Virus record (IMG/VR): IMGVR_UViG_3300028394_000002
Location: 32,998-96,997 of that record
Source of the DNA: a virus
Reading direction: 5' to 3' (one strand)
DNA length: 64,000 nt
Under the pieces are notes generated by a model, which was not told the origin of the DNA, did not search any database, and saw only the letters and a program-made list of their open reading frames with translations. Shown here piece by piece: positions 29,501 to 38,300 of this stretch. Position numbers and translations under genes: made by a program. The stretch's first letter is position 1; the number at the start of each line of letters is the position of its first letter.

Positions 29501-32500
29501 AAGAGTTATATGGATTATATGAAATACCAGAGTCTTTTGATACTCCTGAGAAAATAAATAATTATATGAAGAATGTAATTAGACCTTTTACTCAGCAGAA
29601 GTATCAATATGTTGGGCCTAACTATATGATGAGTAAAGAAAACTATGCTCAACAAGATCCTGAAACTAGAACAGGTGTAATATCTAATCGTAAGAATTCT
29701 TATGGTATGCTTATACCTTCTTTAATTAGAGGTACTATTCTTGAAGATTTAAATATCTTTATGTTAAAGAATGGTATTGATACAATACATTTTGCTTCTG
29801 CTTCTAAAGTAGGAGCTCCTATTAGAGCTTCTAACACTCGTAGATTATTTTATACGCCTACAATAGTAGATGGTCAAATAGTAGGATTTGAAGGTTTTAA
29901 TAATGAACCTTTGCAACCTGGAGATATGGGTACATTAGATTATAGATATCTAGGTAAACAAAATGAAATAGCTTTTGAAATTAAACCTAAGGTAACTGAT
30001 TCTACACAAGGTAGAAAGACTATCCTTAGTGGTATTATGGAAGATGGTGAAAGACCTATTGATTTTAATGGTTCTCCTGAGCAGTGGGCTTCTTTAAGTG
30101 ACTTAGATAAATTAAACCAATCTAAACTTTGGAATAATGCTGTTGAATATGAAAATATTTATTCTGAATTAGTTGAGCAATTAACAGTAGAGTTATTAAA
30201 TGAATATAATACTACAGAAGGAACTAATTCATTAACTATTAATAATGGAGCTAAGTTTGCTAATTTAATTAGAAAAGCTGCTGTAGAAAGAGGAAGTCCT
30301 GATAATATACTAGAAGCTATTACTGATTGGGTTAACGATGAAGGAGGATTAAAGTATATTGAAAGTTTATCTAACTACCCTAAGATACAATATATCTTAA
30401 CTAGTTTAGTTACTAATAACTTACTTATCTTAAAAAGAAATGGTACTATGCTAGCTCAAGCTCCTAGTACTGGATGGGAATCTGGTAATAGAGAAGCGAG
30501 TAATGGTAAAGCTGTAGGCGGAGCTTTTTTAAAATTTTATGAATTTAGTTATGATAAAGATGGTAATATAATTGAAGTACACCCAGCTGAATGTGCACTA
30601 CCTTTTCCAATAGAAAAGCTACCTGGCCTATTTAAAAAGTACAGAACTAAAGATATTATTAAGGCTATTGATTTACTTAATGCTGATATAGAAGCTGGTT
30701 TTGTACCTCCAATTATAGTTAAAGGTTTAAGGATACCTAATCAACAGTTTAGCTCTAATGATGTACTACAAGTTAAGAAGTTTTTATATCCAATGTATAC
30801 TCAAACTATTATAGTACCTAATGAGATTATTGTAAAGACTGGAGGTGATTTTGATATAGATAAGGAAAGTTTATTCTTACCTTTCTTAGATGATAACTTT
30901 AATACTATATCTTCAGATAAGTTAGAAGGTACTAAAAAATTACAAGCTAGATTACTAGAAGTTGAAATAGAGATGTTATTAAACCCTGCTAGGATAGCTA
31001 GATTTTTAAAGCCTATTACTGGAGGAGATATACAAAAATTAGCTCAAATAGAGCAGAAGAAAACTTTAGGTACTGATAACTCTGTTAATAAACCTTTTAC
31101 TGATATATTTAAAATAGGCTCTTTAGTTAAATCAACTTTAGAATATGTAGGAGGTAAACAAGGTGTAGGTATTGTAGCTACTTGGATTACATTCCATAAG
31201 ATTATGGAAATGTATAATAAATCTTTAAAAGATGGTACTAAGTTTTCTATAACTAGTATACAAATTGGAAATTATGTACAAGAAGTAGAAGATGTATTGT
31301 CTGCTCTTATTACAAGTCAGGTAGATATTGTTAAAGATAGCTATTCAGCTGTTGTTAACATTGTACTAGATACCTTAAATCCTGTTTGTTATATGGTATT
31401 ACAAGGGTACTCTGTGTCAGATATTATCTCTGTAGTTAATTCCCCTGTTATAAGAGAATACTATAGATTAAGAAATAAAAGTAATGCTAAGTCAATTAGT
31501 GTAAAAAGAGGTCTAAATAAAAAAGAAGATATTATTAAGTATCTAAGTAAAGAGTTTCCTAATGAACAAAATGAGTTATATACATGGATAGCTATAGAAG
31601 ATTCTGCTAATAAGATAACAGATGTTAAAACTGAACTATCAGCTGATACTAAATATCAAAAAAGTCCTAGTGACGTACAAGCTCTAGAAACTCTTTATAA
31701 AGAGATTACTGGTGAAAATGGTATATTTAGTAAAGAAACTATAGATGACTTAATGAACAATAGTTTATTAACTCCTTTTATTAAATCTAGAGAGTTAATA
31801 TCTAAATGGTTTGATCAACTTTATCTTACTAAGAGTACTGAAAGAATGAGAGATCTAACAGAAGATTTAAGAGCTAAAGCTTTTGACCATATTAAAAATA
31901 AAGAAATTAATAGTAAAGCTAGACAAAGATTTGATGAAAACCTTATTAACTACTTAATTCAAAATACTAAAAATAATACACAGTTTAAAGGTAAGTTTGA
32001 TACTTTATTTAAAGGTGATAATAGTATAGCTAGAAGAATACTTAAAGCTAAAAAGAATCCAGCTTTTGAAAATAACTATTTAATTAATCAATTAGTAGCT
32101 CAATTAGATAATAAGCTAGGTATTAATGAGAATGAAAAGATAGATAACTTAAAGTTATATGCAGGTAAATTAACAGATAGCGAAGCTAATAGTTTAGCTC
32201 AAGCATTTGCAGATATTAAAAAGATAGATGAAAATTTATATGATGATTTAATAGTATTTAATATATTCCAATCTGGTATAAGTAATAGTACTTACCAACT
32301 TAATAAGGTTTTACCTTACGAAGCTCAAAAGAAAGTATTAGACTTTATAGCTACTATGGATGTTAAAGGTATTACTAATAAAGTACTCGCTGATTTCTAT
32401 GTTAAATTCTTCTTAGCTAATCCTAATCAAATTAATAAAAAACCTAAAGTAGGTAATATATTTTCTCCGTTTAAAAAGGATTTTTCTACTGGTAAGTTAG

Positions 32501-33414
32501 TTATTTTAATTAATGGTGTTAATAGTGAGAGTATCGGCCCTATAGGAGGGTTTAATGCTATTGATTATACTAGACCTTTAACTGGGGAAGTTGCTAATAA
32601 AGCTGCTGAAATTGAAGAGTACTTAAATGGTTATGAAGTTAGAAATATTATGGAAAGAATAACTGGTAAAGTTGCTGAAGTAAGTTCTAGCGGGTCTACT
32701 ACATCTACTCAACCATCTACTAGTGTTAAAGTAATTCCTCTAAATGAATCACAAAGATTTACTAGAGAATCAGCTGAAAAAGATACAGAGTATATGTATT
32801 TATTTACAGATAATGCTGGTAGAACGTCAGGCTCAGGAGTTATTGATCCTAACAGTTGGTATGCTAAAAAATATGGTGTAGATAAAAAATATGCAAGTAA
32901 AACACAAGCTGTAGCAAGAGGTCTTAAAAATGTTTATCCTATTACTACAATGGTAGATGATAAGAGAACTCAATGGACAGATGACCAATTTAATGAATAC
33001 AAGAAAATTATTGATGATGAAATAGAAACTATTAAACAGGCATCTAAGAAGTATAATGGTATTAAGTTTGGTGCAGAAATGCCTTTTGGTAAAGGTGCTA
33101 TTTCTAATATGAAAGACAGTGCTCCTAAAATATGGAATTATCTTAATACAAAACTTGCTGAAATAGGTATTGATAATACGGGAGATATACCTGTATCTAC
33201 TCAATCACAAGCTACTACTTCTACTGAAGATAAAAAAGCTGATACTTTTTATAACCTTGAAGATTTCACAAATGAGCAAAAAGTTATTATATTAGATAAT
33301 ATGATAGCTAAAAAAATGTCTGCTGATAAAAATAATGCTTTAATTCAAATAGAAGCTCAATTACTAAAAGATAGAAAATCAACTATTGAGTTTTTAAAAT
33401 CTTGTTTAACTTAA
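26599..33414 (+). CDS. Virion-packaged two-barrel DNA-dependent RNA polymerase (phi14:2 gp66-like)
   Basis: 2271 aa; LRIPNQ followed by catalytic GGDFDIDK (30841-30864); ETDG and GKQGVGIVA motifs. Confidence 0.9.
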   Translation: MAKSCPNPKHPDFKALVSQYGELNAYKLYYKNNSKIPTTQEVKEIKRLDPKVMTKFIFEGVELSTNEQSELFEGLKYYFIKNLVNNLSSLDDFSNLLDDTLSTSKFQQVYQEALLDMVSMFDGTNPRHMEIASAISRDFPTSFLADYFKFTYPEDSDHANLILNTFKVKIANLFKFKEGDEDTSFELQSSIEEVRDNWNTESLEQNRKDSFSRAIKLLISGIPKLSKQNLVDNPTGYSVDDYNNAILSDNLNLESPIAQSEANDLLMNVFVNQPADINAFMRVIKNERKTNPTIEWLHQKVFYPEQFIFDDKGNVLSLKDNNESNLPRISLINKFISSFSNTKYEFINQVINGDEIKSQNADTNNMQNRMLKEWSGQLDIAFTENKSKIINTLNDKYSSEEEILKAIGFPLASKGVITSKKKIKVLAGSKTFFEVYAAFLGEFKTFIKNGGNPIDIFQQVGKEPSTINVLATAMIEFNAPYRNDYDNQLANVSGNNVSSINLNTYQTLVINNLNRVVDLVRDELGYDGVDADTFKDVYLKRLNEIYPEILNSWSYDSIWLNKYLAKGTKITMSLIAGTTADNDGLPTSKLVESDLWSSFLNNTLENNFPAIKHADRSMFPSYSFGYGVTDIFSDIASNYTPTSNWRSIFKGYLHDYFVSELKRVRKTRGDYKAYIENYDTLGQEFLVFNGILDTFKKDASHQARLEALINSDELDFTGNNFVNKQMDSWINDYFAKTKAESRLAGINELTPGAGLNKNVISNLTESFKSKPDTFEFYDEAIELAAAKFFVGAVEQSKLFLGDPAFYKIKGFTNNLNNARQVTAEESILIYDFVKRANMQSSTKQVMIVDNVTNSYLESLFNSPNYKIKLKDGEEFFYRKKFDGTLTELVIDDPRVVAHIREELAKIYQNDLESFEAYFPKGGFEETDGYSLGNIFFAAESIFRTEGISSSRLEVVKKELKALSANSQEELYGLYEIPESFDTPEKINNYMKNVIRPFTQQKYQYVGPNYMMSKENYAQQDPETRTGVISNRKNSYGMLIPSLIRGTILEDLNIFMLKNGIDTIHFASASKVGAPIRASNTRRLFYTPTIVDGQIVGFEGFNNEPLQPGDMGTLDYRYLGKQNEIAFEIKPKVTDSTQGRKTILSGIMEDGERPIDFNGSPEQWASLSDLDKLNQSKLWNNAVEYENIYSELVEQLTVELLNEYNTTEGTNSLTINNGAKFANLIRKAAVERGSPDNILEAITDWVNDEGGLKYIESLSNYPKIQYILTSLVTNNLLILKRNGTMLAQAPSTGWESGNREASNGKAVGGAFLKFYEFSYDKDGNIIEVHPAECALPFPIEKLPGLFKKYRTKDIIKAIDLLNADIEAGFVPPIIVKGLRIPNQQFSSNDVLQVKKFLYPMYTQTIIVPNEIIVKTGGDFDIDKESLFLPFLDDNFNTISSDKLEGTKKLQARLLEVEIEMLLNPARIARFLKPITGGDIQKLAQIEQKKTLGTDNSVNKPFTDIFKIGSLVKSTLEYVGGKQGVGIVATWITFHKIMEMYNKSLKDGTKFSITSIQIGNYVQEVEDVLSALITSQVDIVKDSYSAVVNIVLDTLNPVCYMVLQGYSVSDIISVVNSPVIREYYRLRNKSNAKSISVKRGLNKKEDIIKYLSKEFPNEQNELYTWIAIEDSANKITDVKTELSADTKYQKSPSDVQALETLYKEITGENGIFSKETIDDLMNNSLLTPFIKSRELISKWFDQLYLTKSTERMRDLTEDLRAKAFDHIKNKEINSKARQRFDENLINYLIQNTKNNTQFKGKFDTLFKGDNSIARRILKAKKNPAFENNYLINQLVAQLDNKLGINENEKIDNLKLYAGKLTDSEANSLAQAFADIKKIDENLYDDLIVFNIFQSGISNSTYQLNKVLPYEAQKKVLDFIATMDVKGITNKVLADFYVKFFLANPNQINKKPKVGNIFSPFKKDFSTGKLVILINGVNSESIGPIGGFNAIDYTRPLTGEVANKAAEIEEYLNGYEVRNIMERITGKVAEVSSSGSTTSTQPSTSVKVIPLNESQRFTRESAEKDTEYMYLFTDNAGRTSGSGVIDPNSWYAKKYGVDKKYASKTQAVARGLKNVYPITTMVDDKRTQWTDDQFNEYKKIIDDEIETIKQASKKYNGIKFGAEMPFGKGAISNMKDSAPKIWNYLNTKLAEIGIDNTGDIPVSTQSQATTSTEDKKADTFYNLEDFTNEQKVIILDNMIAKKMSADKNNALIQIEAQLLKDRKSTIEFLKSCLT

Positions 33415-33425
33415 AATAAAATAAA

Positions 33426-33836
33426 ATGTTACCTAAATTAAAAGGAAGTCAAATGGAACCTAGCGGATCAACTAAAATGGCTGTACAAGCTATATCACAA
33501 TGCTTATTTGAAGCTGAAATTCAAATGCATATAGTACATCTACAAGCAAGAGATAAATCATTTGCAATGCATGAGGCACTTGGTGCATTCTACTCATCAT
33601 TAGCTGATTTAAATGATGATTTAGTAGAGAAAAGTTTTGTTAAAACTGGTCTTATGTTAAACTATTCATCAATGATGATTACTAATAATGTAGAGCCTAT
33701 CTCTTATATTAAGAAAGAGATGGCTAAGATTGAGGCTATGAGAGCTAGAGTTACTGAAGGATATATAGAGCAAATGATTGATAATATATTAGAACAATTT
33801 GCTCACGTAATTTATAAATTAGAAAACTTACACTAA
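33426..33836 (+). CDS. Ferritin/Dps-like four-helix protein (DUF5856-like)
   Basis: 136 aa; HLQ..SFAMHEALG.FY..L.D.LVE and terminal IYKL.NL pattern. Confidence 0.65.
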   Translation: MLPKLKGSQMEPSGSTKMAVQAISQCLFEAEIQMHIVHLQARDKSFAMHEALGAFYSSLADLNDDLVEKSFVKTGLMLNYSSMMITNNVEPISYIKKEMAKIEAMRARVTEGYIEQMIDNILEQFAHVIYKLENLH

Positions 33837-35326
33837 TGGCTACATTCTGTATAACTTCTAGTAACCCAGAATTCCAAAAGTTATTAGCTGAAAGTAAAAA
33901 GCAGCCATTAGAATTTGAAATGATGGTTTCTAAATGGATGACTGAATCTGGAATACACAATAGATACCCGACTTTACAAGAGTTGGGTATTACTACTATG
34001 GAGAGTGTTAAACCAGAAGTAGATAATAATTCTTTTTTTCAACTTGATAAATCAAAACTTCCTGCGGCTGAAAAAAAACTTGATGACCAGCTTCTTTTAT
34101 TTCTTAATGAATTTGGGGTAACAACTAAAGAATTAAATGACTTTAAAAAAAGATTTGGTGTAGATGCTTTAGGGGCTACAGATGTTATACAAAAGCTTAT
34201 ATATTTATCATCTAAAAGAAACATAACTACAGTACCTGAAGAAGCTGCTCATATGATAGTTATGCTTATGGGTAAAAACCATCCATTAATTAAAGAGGCT
34301 TTTACAAATATAGAAAGTTGGTCAGGATATAATAGTGTTAAAAAACAATATATGCCAATTTATAAAGATGAAAATAAAGTTAAAATAGAAGCTTTAGGAC
34401 ATCTTATAAGAGATGCAATTGTTAATCAATACACATCTAAAAATCCTGTTGAAAAAACATTATTACAAAAAATTAAAGCTTTAATTGATGAGTTCTTTAA
34501 ATCTATCCGTAGTAAATTTAATATTAAAAAAAATAATCGTATAGTCTATGATAAACAAGCTGTTGTAAAAATAGCTGAAGGAATGCTAGCTGGAGATAAA
34601 TCATTAGTAACATCTCAAAAATCATTTGCTTACTCAAATGTAGATTATAATAAGGCTTTAGATCAAGACCTTCTTTCAAAACAAATAGTTAATGAGTACA
34701 CAGAAAATCTTCCATTTAAACTTGCTGGCAGTCTAGCTATTGCTAAACAAACAAATATAGAAAGATGGAGAGGTGAGCAGATTCATGATCTTGATTTTAA
34801 AGTATCTCAAAAATGGTTAGATGAAAATGGGCAAGAAGCTTTTGATAAGTTAATGGATAAACCAAATATTGTTAAATTAAGAGAAATAAAAAATGAGTCT
34901 AATAATTATATTACAAAAAGTTATTTACAAGCTTCAAAAGGATATAGAATAGAAACTAAAAGAAAAATTAATCCTAGTGCTCCAATGTTTGATATAAATG
35001 TTTATGGTCCAAATAATAATTTATTGCCTATATTAGAAGGAGCTAAAAAAATTAAAACTTTAGATTTTTTTATTGGTGGTAATGAGGAAGAATCTTTTGA
35101 AAATGTAGCATCATGGCAAGATATTTTTGAAGGTAAACTTAGTTTATCCCCATTAGGACAAAAAGAGTTAATGTTTGATAGACCTAAAGATCAGACTGAC
35201 TACATAAATGTATTACCTGTTAATTTACAAGAAAGTAAATACAAAAATTTATATTACCAAACTAGTAACGAAGATATTATAGAAGAATTAGTACAAGAAA
35301 ATAAATTAGAAAGAAAATGCCAGTAA
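33836..35326 (+). CDS. Cargo protein with a degenerate zincin domain and a Pol-beta-fold nucleotidyltransferase domain
   Basis: 496 aa; PEEAAH...EALG (HExxH-derived); LAGSLA...HDLDF...LDFF...RPKDQTD. Confidence 0.55.
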   Translation: MATFCITSSNPEFQKLLAESKKQPLEFEMMVSKWMTESGIHNRYPTLQELGITTMESVKPEVDNNSFFQLDKSKLPAAEKKLDDQLLLFLNEFGVTTKELNDFKKRFGVDALGATDVIQKLIYLSSKRNITTVPEEAAHMIVMLMGKNHPLIKEAFTNIESWSGYNSVKKQYMPIYKDENKVKIEALGHLIRDAIVNQYTSKNPVEKTLLQKIKALIDEFFKSIRSKFNIKKNNRIVYDKQAVVKIAEGMLAGDKSLVTSQKSFAYSNVDYNKALDQDLLSKQIVNEYTENLPFKLAGSLAIAKQTNIERWRGEQIHDLDFKVSQKWLDENGQEAFDKLMDKPNIVKLREIKNESNNYITKSYLQASKGYRIETKRKINPSAPMFDINVYGPNNNLLPILEGAKKIKTLDFFIGGNEEESFENVASWQDIFEGKLSLSPLGQKELMFDRPKDQTDYINVLPVNLQESKYKNLYYQTSNEDIIEELVQENKLERKCQ

Positions 35327-38300
35327 ATTGTCCAATAGACCCAAGTAAGTTTGATATTCAAACTGTTAGAGATTTAGTTAACCAAAAGAAATTTGAATTC
35401 TTAAAAGGAAATCCTAATGATACAGTTGAAGATGTTATAGCTAGAAGAAAGATACTACAAGGATTATTTACAACTGAGCTTGTAGACAATAGTAAACTTA
35501 CTAAAGGCTTACATTTAGATGGCTCAGGTAAGACTTCTAGATATGTTTGGATAGATACTAAAGAGTTAGCTGTTCAAGGTCGTGTAACAGATAAAAACAA
35601 AGCTGCTTTTGTTAAAAGACGAGGTAAAGAAGCTTCTGATGAGCTATCTAACTTACCTGATAATGAAGTAAAAAGAAATGGAGGTACTAAGTTTCATAAA
35701 GCTGCTCAAGATTTAACTAATATTTTTAAGAATAAGTATGCTAAATTTATAGAAAACCCTCCTAGTAAGGAAGAATTAAAAACTGTTCAAGAAATTAGTG
35801 ATGAGTTAGGATTAAATCCTCAAGACTTTGAAGCTTTGTTTTTTGAGATAGAAAAGTTAGTTAAATTAGGTATTGATATACAAAAAGATATAGACCCTAC
35901 TAAAAAGGTATTTATTCAAGCTGAAGATTTTAATTTAGATACTGATGGTTCTAAAGGGGGTACAGCTGACTTATTTTTTCTTTTTAGTGATAAATCTGGT
36001 GGGGTACTTGATTATAAAACTATGACTCCTCATTATAGTAAGCTAGATGCTAATGGTAATATAGTTAAAGATGATTGGATTCCTGGTTACAAGATAGAAG
36101 AATTTAATGTGCAATTACCTACTCTTATGGATATGTATAAGAAGACAGGAGTTAAAAATTTTAGGTTTGCTAGAATTATGCCTGTTCAAATAGGATTTGT
36201 TGAGAAGAAAAAAGCTGATCCTACTAAAAAAGAAGGTGCTAGGCTAACTGATGTTATTACTACTATTAAAATGGGAGAGGATTCTGATAAAAAGAAATTT
36301 CTTACTCCTATTCCTATTACTTTAGAAAGTACTGGGGTAGCTGGATTAGATGAAGCTTTATCAAAAGCTAATAAATTAAAGCATAACTTAACTAAAAGGT
36401 TAGAAAGATTAGCTGATGAAACAGCTGAAGCTTTTAAACTTAGAGGTAGAATTAAGAAGTTAAATTCTTTGATTAACTCTATTATGTTAAAGAAAGATAT
36501 TAAAGGGTTTACTGAACTTTATAATGGTCTTATACAAGGCTATTTAGATATTAATAGAACGCTTAAATCCGATTACCTAGAAGAAGGTAACACTTTGTAC
36601 TTAAACCTATCTAAGATTGATGATTTAATGTCGGATTTACAACTCTTTAAAGCTATTGCTAATAGTACCCCTGACTTTATTAAAAGTATTCCTGAGGATA
36701 AAGCTAATGCTTTAGATAGAGCTGCATATTTTGCTAACTTAGATACTATTGCAGGTGTTGCTAATAATCTAGAAGAGGCTTTAAAACAAAGAACAATAGA
36801 TTTAACTTTAAATTTAGATGACAGAGCTGCTATGCTCGGAGATAAAAACTTAACTTGGTTTGATAAATTGCTCCGTAGATTTAGTAATATTAACAATACT
36901 ATATTTAAAAAAGCTAGAACTATTATTGAAGGTGCTAACACTAAAACAAGATTAGATTTAATAAAGTTTACTGATAAATTAGATAAACTTAATAAAGAAC
37001 TTCAAGTTTGGGGTGCTGCTAATGGATTAGGTGGTTTTAAAGTTTATGATTTACTTATTAACAAGAAGTCAGGTAATTTACATACTAAGTTTAAAAGTGA
37101 GTTATATGATGAATTAGAAGAAGCTAGAAGAGAGAAAGATGACAAAACTTTAGATAGTATGGTAAAACTTAAAGAAGACTATAAAGAGCTTTATCAAGCA
37201 GCTTTACAAAAACACATGATTATAAATTCTTATACTATGGGTGATATACAAACTAATAAGGATTTAATTGAATGGATTAATGAGAACAATCCAGATTTAA
37301 AATCTTCTACTAGTAAATATAGTGATTATTGGTATAAGTATTATGAAATAGATCCTTCTAAAGTAAGTGAAAATTTACTTAATCCTGAATATGCTAAGAT
37401 TAGAAGTACTCCAGCTTTGTTAAATTACTATAATTTCTGGGAAGAAAGTATGGAGCAATTTAGAAGCTTGCTTGATATACAGTATACTAAAGTACCTAAT
37501 AACTTTATACCTTGGATAAAAGGTAATACTATGGAGCAGTTTATGAATGGCTCTACTGTATTTTCTAAAGAAAACTTTATGAACATAATGAGTGTTCAAG
37601 AAAACAATACTATTCTTTATAAAGAAGGTTATATAACATTAAGAGGAGAAATAGACCCAGCTACTGGATTACAAAAAAGAGAGATACCTAAATACTTTAT
37701 TAATCCTTTAGTTAATAACCAAGGTGATATAGATAATACTTTAAAGTCTTTTGATTTGTCTTCTAGCTTAGCTGTATTTGCTCAAATGGCTTTTAGTTAT
37801 AATAACTTAAAACATACTGAGAGTACTATTGAAGCTTTAAAAGATATACTTGCTGAAAAAGGTGTTAACCAAACTACAGCCGATGGTAAAGAAGTTAGAA
37901 TTAACAATGATCAAAAAGCTCAAACAGAAGAAGGTCCTCAAACTGAGGAGTCTAGGTTATTTGAAGATATGGTTAACTATCACTTATACGGAGTATTCTA
38001 TAAAGATAAACCTAGTAAGCTTAAACAAGGCCTTTTAAAAATTAAGCAGTATCAACAAATAAAAGAACTTGCTATTTCTCCTATATCTAATCTAGTTAAC
38101 TTAATGGGGGCTAGAACTAATGCTTTCTTTGAGGGTGATAAAGGATATTTCTATACTAAAACTATGTGGGGTAAGTCTTTAAAAGATAGATACTCTAATG
38201 AAAAAAAGCCTTTATACTTTGCTCTAGCTAATTTTATACAGCCTTATGCAGGTAAACCTGAAGATCGTAAATCTATGCCTTGGCTAGATAAGGTAGCTAA

